A DNA stretch of 64,000 nt from an uncultured Anaerolineae bacterium (lineage in GTDB: Bacteria > Chloroflexota > Anaerolineae > Anaerolineales > Villigracilaceae): positions 1 through 64,000 of the forward strand of contig CAIJPN010000114.1 of the NCBI GenBank assembly GCA_903822545.1. Direction: 5' to 3'. Within the stretch, counting starts at the first letter, position 1; each line of letters opens with the position of its first letter. The notes under the pieces were generated by a model. The model saw only the letters and a list, made by a program, of their open reading frames with translations. It searched no databases and was not told the origin of the DNA. Both the position numbers and the translations under genes were made by a program. Shown one piece after another: positions 20,298 to 28,066 of the stretch.

Positions 20298-20385
20298 CAA
20301 ATCAAAAGCCCTGAAGGTTGCAAAACTTTCAGGGCTTTTGGTTCGTATGTGGATTGTGCAATTTGCACAGTTCAAAGGAGAAAAA

Positions 20386-22392
20386 ATGGATCTACTCGCA
20401 GTGCTAGGTTTTTTGTTATTCTGTTTGATGGGCTTTTTGGTGCTGGTTGCCCTTTCGGGCATCCGCTTCATTCCCAATAATCGGATTGGTCTCGTGGAAA
20501 AACGGTTCGGTATGAGTTCGGTGAAAGCTGGCCTGATTGCGCTGAACGGTGAAGCAGGCTATCAGCCACAGGTGTTGCGTGGCGGCCTGCACTATCTGAT
20601 GCCGATCCAGTATGTTGTTCACATGATGCCGCTGGTAACCATCTCCCAGGGCAAAATTGGTTACATCTTCGCCCGCGATGGCGGCCAGCTTGACCCTTCG
20701 CAGGTTTTGGCATCCAACGAAGCTGTCCAGGATTTCCAGAATGTGACAGCGTTTCTGAAAAATGGCGGTCAACGCGGCCCGCAGCGCCGCATCCTGCGCG
20801 AGGGCACTTATGCTTTCAACCTGGTGCAGTTCGTGGTTATCACGGAAGAACGCGTTTTCTCGCTGCCAATGAGCCGTGAAGAAAACGATGTCATCCTGCG
20901 CATGGCTGAAGTGATTAAGGAACGCGGCGGCTTCCGCCCGGTAGTTATTAAGGATACCGATGACAAAATCGGCGTGGTGACAGTTCACGATGGGCCATCA
21001 CTGGGCCAGGGTGAGATCATTGCCCGTGTGGTTGGGGATGACCCCGCCCAAGCTGAAACGTATCACAACAAGTTCCAGGATGCCGACCACTTCTTGAAAG
21101 CGGGCGGGCATCGTGGCCGCCAACTGCAGGTTTTGGTAGAAGGCACTTACTACATCAACCGCCTGTTTGCCACCGTGGAAATGATCCCAAAGACTATTAT
21201 CGAGGTCGGTAATGTTGGGGTGGTGGTGTCTTATACTGGCGATACTGGCACAGATCTTTCCGGCACAGAATATCGCCATGGTGAGTTGGTTTCCAAGGGC
21301 AATCGCGGTGTCTGGAGCGAGCCGTTGCTGCCCGGTAAATACGCCTTCAACACCTACGCCGGGAAGGTGACCACCGTCCCGACCACCAACATCATCTTGA
21401 AGTGGATCCGCAACGAAGTTGGTGCACATCATTTCGATGAAAACCTGAGTGAAGTCTCGCTTATCACCAAGGATGCCTTCGAGCCAAATCTGCCGCTCTC
21501 GGTGGTAGTTCACATCGATTACCAGAAAGCCCCGCTGGTGATTCAGCGCTTTGGCGATATCAAACGCCTGGTGGAACAAACCCTCGACCCGATGGTTTCA
21601 GCTTACTTCAAGAACATCGGCCAGACGCGCACACTGATTCAACTGATTCAGGAACGCAGCCAAATCCAACAGCAGGCCAGTATCGAGATGAAGGAAAAGT
21701 TCGAGCACTACAACCTGGCCCTGGAAGAAGTGCTGATTGGCACGCCATCCTCCCCGGCAGGCGATACGCAAATCGAAACCATCCTGATGCAGCTGCGCTC
21801 ACGCCAGGTAGCCGCTGAACAGGTGGAAACCTACAACCAGCAAGAAAAAGCCGCTGTTAAGGAACGCGAACTGCGTGAAGCGCAATCCCGCGCCCAGATG
21901 CAGACCAAGATGACCGAGGCAGAGCTCAGCATCAGCATCCAGACCAACCAGGGTAAGGCTGAGTACCAGCGCTCCATCCAACAGGCGGCTCAAATCCGCG
22001 CGCTGGCCGAAGCAGAAGCGGAAAAGACCGCCCGCATCGGTATCGCCCAGGCACTCGCCACCGAAGAGCAGGTACGCGCCTATGGCGGCCCACAGTTCCA
22101 GGTGACACAAACGGTGCTCAACCGCTTTGCGGAAGCCATCCAAACCTCCGGCGTGGATGTTGTGCCACGTATCATGGTCACTGGCGGCGGGAATGCCGAA
22201 GGCAGCAACACATCTGGCAGTATCATGGAAGCCTTGCTGACCATGCTGCTCTCTGAGCGCTACAGCGCCCTGGCAGGCGAGAACGAAAAAGAACAGCGCT
22301 CCCCCGAAGCCGACGCCATCCGTCAGCAGATTTATGACAGCATGAAAAAGCCGGCAAGCGGCGAAAGTGAAGGGAAGAAAGAAAAGCAATAG
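20386..22392 (+). CDS. Flotillin-like SPFH/band-7 protein (YqiK family)
   Basis: N-terminal TM (LAVLGFLLFCLMGFLVLVAL), SPFH domain, and a long coiled-coil EA-rich tail (RELREAQSRAQMQTKMTEAELS...AEAEAEKTARIG). Confidence 0.8.
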   Translation: MDLLAVLGFLLFCLMGFLVLVALSGIRFIPNNRIGLVEKRFGMSSVKAGLIALNGEAGYQPQVLRGGLHYLMPIQYVVHMMPLVTISQGKIGYIFARDGGQLDPSQVLASNEAVQDFQNVTAFLKNGGQRGPQRRILREGTYAFNLVQFVVITEERVFSLPMSREENDVILRMAEVIKERGGFRPVVIKDTDDKIGVVTVHDGPSLGQGEIIARVVGDDPAQAETYHNKFQDADHFLKAGGHRGRQLQVLVEGTYYINRLFATVEMIPKTIIEVGNVGVVVSYTGDTGTDLSGTEYRHGELVSKGNRGVWSEPLLPGKYAFNTYAGKVTTVPTTNIILKWIRNEVGAHHFDENLSEVSLITKDAFEPNLPLSVVVHIDYQKAPLVIQRFGDIKRLVEQTLDPMVSAYFKNIGQTRTLIQLIQERSQIQQQASIEMKEKFEHYNLALEEVLIGTPSSPAGDTQIETILMQLRSRQVAAEQVETYNQQEKAAVKERELREAQSRAQMQTKMTEAELSISIQTNQGKAEYQRSIQQAAQIRALAEAEAEKTARIGIAQALATEEQVRAYGGPQFQVTQTVLNRFAEAIQTSGVDVVPRIMVTGGGNAEGSNTSGSIMEALLTMLLSERYSALAGENEKEQRSPEADAIRQQIYDSMKKPASGESEGKKEKQ

Positions 22393-22416
22393 GCAAGTTG
22401 ACACAAAATGAGTAAA

Positions 22417-22462
22417 AAGTGCCCCGGCGGAATTAATCCACCCGGGGCACTTCCACATCTTC
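22417..22462. terminator. Bidirectional terminator between flotillin (+) and pxpA (-)
   Basis: AAGTGCCCCGG-cggaattaatccac-CCGGGGCACTT. Confidence 0.6.
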
Positions 22463-22472
22463 CACAAACTCG

Positions 22473-23210
22473 TTAACTCCTGACATCTACCCCCGCCTGC
22501 TCCAATTCAACCCACACCAGCCTCGCATTCTCCAGCGCTTCGACATTATCCCCATGCAAACACAACGTATCGGGCAATATCACCCGCTCGCCAAACCGAA
22601 TCCCATCCCGCGCCAGCCGGATAGCGTTTTGCGCCACCGCTTGTGGATCATGCAGCACCGCCCCCGGCAACTTGCGCGACATCAACGTACCATCTGGATT
22701 GTAATTCCGGTCAGGGAAAGCTTCATTTGCCACACTCAGGCCGATTGCCCGCCCCGATTCCACCAAAACGGAGCCAGCCAGCCCTACCAGGATCAGATCC
22801 CGGCTGAATCGTTTAACCGCCCTGGCAACAGATTCCGCTAAAGCAGCATGGATTGCCGCCTGGTTATACAACGCCCCGTGGGGTTTAACGTGCCGAAGTT
22901 CCACCCCCTCGGCCTTTGCAAAAGCCGCCAAAGCCCCTACCTGATAAAGCACCAGCGTCTCGGCCTCCTCCGGGCTGATGGTCATCTCGCGCCGCCCAAA
23001 GCCCTGCAAATCTGGCCAGCCGGGATGAGCGCCAATCGCCACACCATGCTGTTTTGCCAGTCGCACCGTTGCCTGCATGACAGATGGATCGCCCGCGTGA
23101 AACCCGCAGGCAATGTTGGCCGAGGTAATGAACGGCATAATAGCAGCATCGCTGCCGAGGCTGTAACAACCAAACGATTCGCCCATATCACAATTGATAT
23201 CAATATTCAT
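22473..23210 (-). CDS. pxpA: 5-oxoprolinase subunit A (LamB/YcsF family)
   Basis: MNIDINCDMGESFG...ACGFHAGDP..., the LamB/YcsF signature; 245 aa. Confidence 0.85.
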   Translation of the reverse strand: MNIDINCDMGESFGCYSLGSDAAIMPFITSANIACGFHAGDPSVMQATVRLAKQHGVAIGAHPGWPDLQGFGRREMTISPEEAETLVLYQVGALAAFAKAEGVELRHVKPHGALYNQAAIHAALAESVARAVKRFSRDLILVGLAGSVLVESGRAIGLSVANEAFPDRNYNPDGTLMSRKLPGAVLHDPQAVAQNAIRLARDGIRFGERVILPDTLCLHGDNVEALENARLVWVELEQAGVDVRS

Positions 23211-23301
23211 ATCTCACCACAATCTCCCGTTTACCCCGATTGTACACCCCGCAATTGCCGCAACCTTCCCAAACCTGCGCACAGAGCGGGAACTCATCAA
23301 A

Positions 23302-23331
23302 GTAAAATGACCCCGTTTGGGGTCATTTTAC
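23302..23331 (-). terminator. Hairpin downstream of trxA
   Basis: GTAAAATGACCCC-gttt-GGGGTCATTTTAC, a perfect 13-bp stem. Confidence 0.5.
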
Positions 23332-23360
23332 TAATTTGCACAACCTGGGCGATTGATCGA

Positions 23361-23684
23361 TTAAATATGCCCGACAAACTTCGCCACCAGCTTATCCTTA
23401 GGCTGGTAACCGCTGACACGCTCGGCCACCTTGCCACCTTTAAACATAATCAGGGTTGGGATGCCCATGATGCCGTACTGCATCAACACATTGGGATTTT
23501 GGTCAGCATCGCATTTGACCACCTTGGCTTTACCCTGCCACTCAGTATAAAGTTGTTCCACAATGGGTGCGATCATCTTGCACGGGCCACACCACACTGC
23601 TGTAAAATCCACCAGCACCGGCTGGGCGGAATCGAGAACTTCACTTTTGAAGTTCTTCTCAGTTACATAAGGTACTTCTGCCAT
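23361..23684 (-). CDS. trxA: Thioredoxin
   Basis: 107 aa with the WCGPCK active site; RBS AAGGGAGA. Confidence 0.95.
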   Translation of the reverse strand: MAEVPYVTEKNFKSEVLDSAQPVLVDFTAVWCGPCKMIAPIVEQLYTEWQGKAKVVKCDADQNPNVLMQYGIMGIPTLIMFKGGKVAERVSGYQPKDKLVAKFVGHI

Positions 23685-23758
23685 ATGATTTCTCCCTTGA
23701 GAATTTTGTTTCGCAATCTTATCATGCCTGGGCTGGAAAGTTCCACCAGGTTGGAATG

Positions 23759-24181
23759 TTAAAACAAGCCAGTAATGGTCAGCCAGCGACTGCCTGGCAG
23801 CATGGTTACACCCAGAATGACCAGCAACAGAGACAAGACAATGGCAAAAAGAGTATTGCGGTAGCGTTTGTTGTCATCGGCCTTTTTCCACATGGCGGGC
23901 AGGTGAGCCACGATTACCGCCAGCAACATGGTGGTGAGATGCTCCAACCGGTGACTCAACATCAGCCCGCCAGGGATCATCATCCCATTCCAGAAGAAAA
24001 AGATGAAACCGAGCAAAAGCTGAAGATCCATCAGCCCGCCAAAAGCGCCGGAAAGCGCCCGAGCAGACTTATCAAAAGGTTGTTTTTGCAACCAGCCCAA
24101 TGCAAATTTGACAATTGCCGCCATCGCCACCAGTACAGTTAGCCAACGAACAATTGAGTGAAGGGTAAGTATGAACGTCAT
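23759..24181 (-). CDS. Hypothetical polytopic membrane protein (140 aa)
   Basis: Start chosen at ATG with RBS AGGAGA (the track ORF extends to 24295 without an RBS); four predicted TM helices. Confidence 0.5.
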   Translation of the reverse strand: MTFILTLHSIVRWLTVLVAMAAIVKFALGWLQKQPFDKSARALSGAFGGLMDLQLLLGFIFFFWNGMMIPGGLMLSHRLEHLTTMLLAVIVAHLPAMWKKADDNKRYRNTLFAIVLSLLLVILGVTMLPGSRWLTITGLF

Positions 24182-24435
24182 AAAAATCTCCTGTGATGAA
24201 GTTGTGAGCCGGATTATAACCCCATCGGGCAAGTTCAGTTTTAGGGCTTTTGCCAAACCGGCTGGGTATCGCATCAGGGCTTTCATAAAATCCAAAACTG
24301 AGGTGAGGGTTAATCGGCCAAAACCTTAACACCAAGACGCGGTGGTTTCAGGTTTGGATTATCTGGCATTTTTTTAGATTCGTTGACGAAATGAGAGTTT
24401 GGTTGTAAAATAGCCGTCGCCTTGTGAAAGGCTAT

Positions 24436-24508
24436 GGGCCCATAGCGCAGTTGGGAGCGCGTCTCAATGGCATTGAGAAGGCCGAGGGTTCGAATCCCTC
24501 TGGGTCCA
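24436..24508 (+). tRNA. tRNA-Ala (anticodon GGC)
   Basis: Cloverleaf: acceptor GGGCCCA/TGGGTCC; D-arm GCGC-AGTTGGGA-GCGC; anticodon stem TCTCA/TGAGA with loop ATGGCAT (anticodon GGC); T-arm GAGGG-TTCGAAT-CCCTC. 73 nt, CCA not encoded. Confidence 0.85.
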
Positions 24509-24515
24509 CACAATC

Positions 24516-24547
24516 GTAGGACAGGCGCAAAGCCTGTCCTACTTGCT
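24516..24547 (+). terminator. Terminator after tRNA-Ala
   Basis: GTAGGACAGGC-gcaaa-GCCTGTCCTAC followed by TTGCT. Confidence 0.55.
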
Positions 24548-24559
24548 AAAAAGCCAGAA

Positions 24560-24840
24560 TAGGAGTAGTAGGTCATCCCGTCAGCGAGTTGGGAAAGTAA
24601 GGTGGAAGCCCAGCACAGCACTTAACGGGAGCGCACCCGGAAGGGTATCCAAGACCGAACTCGCCTGTTATTCCGAAAGGAAGGCTGTGCTGGTGATCTC
24701 AGTAGTCAGCGCCGGGTTGGCCCGTTATAGCGTCAAAGTGGTACATCGACATTAATATCGATGTACAAACCGGGTGGTACCACGGAGATTCTCTTCGTCC
24801 CTGTAGTGGATGAAGAGTTTTTGTTTTAATCCCAAAAAGT
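24560..24840 (+). promoter_or_regulatory. T-box leader (tRNA-sensing riboswitch) upstream of leuS
   Basis: Conserved T-box sequence AACCGGGTGGTACCACGG (cf. consensus AGGGUGGNACCGCG) at ~24771-24790. It is immediately preceded by a Stem-III-like hairpin (GTACATCGA-cattaa-TATCGATGTAC) and followed by the terminator CTCTTCGTCC-ctgtagt-GGATGAAGAG-TTTTTGTTTT, whose 5' arm can pair alternatively with the T-box (antiterminator). Candidate specifier GAA-CUC-G (Leu) at ~24693. Confidence 0.7.
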
Positions 24841-24873
24841 GACTGCCACCTGATAACCGAGTAGGAGGCCGAA

Positions 24874-25002
24874 ATGAAAAAGATAATCCAAAATATTCGT
24901 AACACGATGCGAGATATACGCGCCACGCTTGGCCGTCTTCTTCAACCGAGGCCCACCCTTCAGCCAATCCCTGTCCGTTCACGCCGGAATGCCCGATTAT
25001 AA
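24874..25002 (+). CDS. Candidate 42-aa basic small ORF between the T-box terminator and leuS
   Basis: AGGAGG then 5 nt then ATG; translation MKKIIQNIRNTMRDIRATLGRLLQPRPTLQPIPVRSRRNARL. No homology recognised; too short for the ORF track. Confidence 0.25.
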   Translation: MKKIIQNIRNTMRDIRATLGRLLQPRPTLQPIPVRSRRNARL

Positions 25003-25075
25003 CGCGACGTTCATGTTGCAATTATCAATAATAAACTGCGCGATGTAAATATCGCGATACGAAAAAGGAGCTAGA

Positions 25076-27580
25076 ATGGCCCCAAAAGCCTATAACCCGA
25101 AAGAAATTGAACCGAAATGGCAGGAAAAGTGGGAAGCCGACGGCCTGTACCACTCTGATATTGACGAGAGCCGGCCCAAGCACTATGCCCTGACCATGCT
25201 GCCCTATCCCAGCGGCGACCTGCACATCGGCCACTGGTATGCCATGACCCCATCCGATGCCCGCGCGCGTTATATGCGCATGAAGGGCTACAACGTCATG
25301 TTCCCGATGGGTTTTGACGCCTTCGGCCTGCCCGCTGAGAACGCCGCCATCAAGAGCGGCATCCACCCGATGGTGCGCACCCGCGACAACATTGTGCGGA
25401 TGCGCAAGCAGCTGCGCTCGATGGGCGCGATGTTTGACTGGCGGCGCGAGATGGTTTCGTGCGAGCCCGAATATTACAAATGGACCGAATGGTTCTTCAT
25501 CCAGCTGTACAAAAAAGGCCTGGCCTACCGCAAACTATCGCCGGTGGATTTTTGCCCGAAGTGCAACACCACCCTGGCGCGCGAGCAGGTCTGGGGTGAC
25601 GACCGCCACTGCGAGCGCTGCGGCACGCCCGTCATCAAGAAAGACCTGTCGCAGTGGTTCTTCCAGGCCACCAAATACGCCGACGAACTGCTGAGATTTG
25701 ACGGAATCGACTGGCCGGAACGGGTGCGCACCTTGCAAACCAATTGGATTGACCGCTCGGAAGGCGCGAGCGTGATTTTCCATACTGCTCCCTCACCCCT
25801 GGCCCCTCTCCCTGTGGGAGAGGGGGGAGATCCCATCGAAGTATTCACCACCCGCCCCGACACCTTGTTCGGTGCGACCTTTATGGTTTTCTCCCCCGAG
25901 CATCCGCTGGTGGACAAAATCACCACGCCCGAGAATAAGGACGCCGTCGAAGCGTACAAGGCCCAGGCGGCGCGCCAGAGCGACATCCAGCGCGGGGCCG
26001 TGGACAAGGAAAAGACCGGCGTTTTCACCGGCGGATACGCCATCAACCCGGTTAATAACGCCAAAATCCCGATCTGGATCGCGGATTACGTGCTGATGAG
26101 CTACGGCACCGGCGCAATCATGGCCGTCCCGGCCCACGATGAGCGCGACTTTGCCTTTGCGCGCAAGTTTGGGCTGGAGATCATCCCGGTTTTCAAGGCG
26201 GAGGGCGCGCCCGACCCCGATGGGGCTACCATGGAAGCGGCCTTCATCAGCGAAGGTGTGATGATCAACTCCGCCCACTTTAACGGGACAAAGGTCAACG
26301 TCGAGAAGGGGCGCAAGAACCCATCCATCGCGGCGATGATCGACTGGTTGGAGGAAAAAGGCATCGGGAAGGAAATGGTCAACTATCGCTACCGCGACTG
26401 GTTGATCAGCCGCCAACGCTACTGGGGATCGCCCATCCCGATGATTTATTGTGAAAAAGATGGCTGGAATCCGGTTCCCGAAGACCAGCTGCCCGTGACC
26501 CTGCCCGAAGACGTGGAGTGGAAGCCGACGGGTGAATCGCCGCTGAAGCTGCACCCAACCTGGAAGAACACCAGTTGCCCGGTCTGCGGCGGCCCCGCTG
26601 AGCGCGAAACCGATACGATGGACACCTTTATGTGCTCATCGTGGTATCACCTGCGCTACCTGAGCCCCTGGTGTGATACGGCTCCGTTTGACGATAAAGA
26701 ATACAACTACTGGATGCCCGTGGATGTCTACACCGGCGGCATCGAGCACGCCACCATGCACCTGCTGTACACGCGCTTTTTCCACAAGGCGCTGCGTGAC
26801 ATGGGCATCACTGAAGGCAACGAGCCGATGACCCAACTGCGCAACCAGGGCATGGTACTGGGCGAGGACAACGAAAAGATGTCCAAAAGCCGTGGCAACG
26901 TGGTTGCCCCTGATGAACTGGTGGAAAAATACGGCGCGGATACCGTCCGCGCGTACCTGATGTTCTTCGCGCGCTGGGAAATGGGCGCGCCGTGGGACAG
27001 CAAGGGTATCGAAGGCTCGTCGCGCTGGGTACGCCGGACGTGGGCGCTGTTTACGGACGATGTCAAAGGTGGCACACCTACGCCTGAAACCTTGCGCGAC
27101 CTGCGCCGCAAAGTCCACCAAAAACTAAAGCGCATCACCCGCGACTTTGAGAACTTCGAGTTCAACACCATCGTCTCCGGGCTGATGGAGTTGCTGAACG
27201 AGCTGTACAAAGCCCGTGAGGCGGGCGCGGCTGGATCAGCAGCGTGGCAGGAAGCCCAGGAAATCTACGTCAAAATGATGGCCCCGGTCACCCCGCACAT
27301 CGCCGAAGAACTGTGGACGGATGTTTTGGGCAAGAAATACAGCATCCACACCCAGCAATGGCCCACAGTGGACGAAGAAGCCGCAAAGGAAGACGAAATC
27401 ACCATCCCGGTGCAGGTCAACGGCAAACTGCGCGACCGGGTAGTGATGCCCGCCGAGGCCAGCGATGAGGATATCAAAGCAGCAGCGCTAAAAGCCGAAG
27501 GCGTGGTCAAGCACCTGGAAGGGCAAACGCCCAAAAAGGTGATCGTGGTGAAGAAATCGTTGGTTAATATCGTGGTGTAG
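25076..27580 (+). CDS. leuS: Leucyl-tRNA synthetase
   Basis: 834 aa; canonical LeuS N-terminus (YNPKEIEPKWQEKW), HIGH motif (PYPSGDLHIGHWYAM), KMSKS (EKMSKSRGN); RBS AAGGAG. Confidence 0.95.
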   Translation: MAPKAYNPKEIEPKWQEKWEADGLYHSDIDESRPKHYALTMLPYPSGDLHIGHWYAMTPSDARARYMRMKGYNVMFPMGFDAFGLPAENAAIKSGIHPMVRTRDNIVRMRKQLRSMGAMFDWRREMVSCEPEYYKWTEWFFIQLYKKGLAYRKLSPVDFCPKCNTTLAREQVWGDDRHCERCGTPVIKKDLSQWFFQATKYADELLRFDGIDWPERVRTLQTNWIDRSEGASVIFHTAPSPLAPLPVGEGGDPIEVFTTRPDTLFGATFMVFSPEHPLVDKITTPENKDAVEAYKAQAARQSDIQRGAVDKEKTGVFTGGYAINPVNNAKIPIWIADYVLMSYGTGAIMAVPAHDERDFAFARKFGLEIIPVFKAEGAPDPDGATMEAAFISEGVMINSAHFNGTKVNVEKGRKNPSIAAMIDWLEEKGIGKEMVNYRYRDWLISRQRYWGSPIPMIYCEKDGWNPVPEDQLPVTLPEDVEWKPTGESPLKLHPTWKNTSCPVCGGPAERETDTMDTFMCSSWYHLRYLSPWCDTAPFDDKEYNYWMPVDVYTGGIEHATMHLLYTRFFHKALRDMGITEGNEPMTQLRNQGMVLGEDNEKMSKSRGNVVAPDELVEKYGADTVRAYLMFFARWEMGAPWDSKGIEGSSRWVRRTWALFTDDVKGGTPTPETLRDLRRKVHQKLKRITRDFENFEFNTIVSGLMELLNELYKAREAGAAGSAAWQEAQEIYVKMMAPVTPHIAEELWTDVLGKKYSIHTQQWPTVDEEAAKEDEITIPVQVNGKLRDRVVMPAEASDEDIKAAALKAEGVVKHLEGQTPKKVIVVKKSLVNIVV

Positions 27581-27609
27581 TAAATGGTGAACGGTAAGTG
27601 ACAATTGAA

Positions 27610-27645
27610 GACCCCGAAGGCTTACCCCTCGGGGTCTTTTGCTTC
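27610..27645 (+). terminator. leuS terminator
   Basis: GACCCCGA-aggcttac-CCCTCGGGGTC followed by TTTTGCTT. Confidence 0.7.
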
Positions 27646-28066
27646 AACCGATGACTTCTTAAGCACTGAACAGGATTTTTGTTAAAGTTTTTAGTGGTCA
27701 CGCAAAGAGCGAACATTACACCTAAGCGTTTTACAGCTGAGACACGAAACCACAGAGAAAACCCCTAAAAAACGCCGTGGATCGGTGTCTCAGTAGTTCT
27801 CTGGGGTTCCAATTTAAGAAGGTCTCGATGCACAGGAAGAACAGGATTGCCAAAAGCGTAAAAGTCATGCACAATGGAGACTTGGAAACGCCAGGCAGGC
27901 CAAATGATGATGAGACTGGAGCAATCTACGATTTATTCCTGTTTTAAGATCAGAGTACGTTACACCCTGCGCAACGAAAAACCTTGCACACGCGAAGCAT
28001 ACATGTCGCAAGATACACTTCTTTTGCTAAACTTAACCACAAATCAATCTCAAAGGAGAAAATCAA

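Noticed and set aside
24310-24621. 103-aa minus-strand ORF
   Set aside because: Overlaps the tRNA-Ala gene and its terminator; no coding signal.
25793-26554. 253-aa minus-strand ORF inside leuS, and 25525-26064
   Set aside because: Antisense to leuS, whose frame has HIGH and KMSKS motifs.
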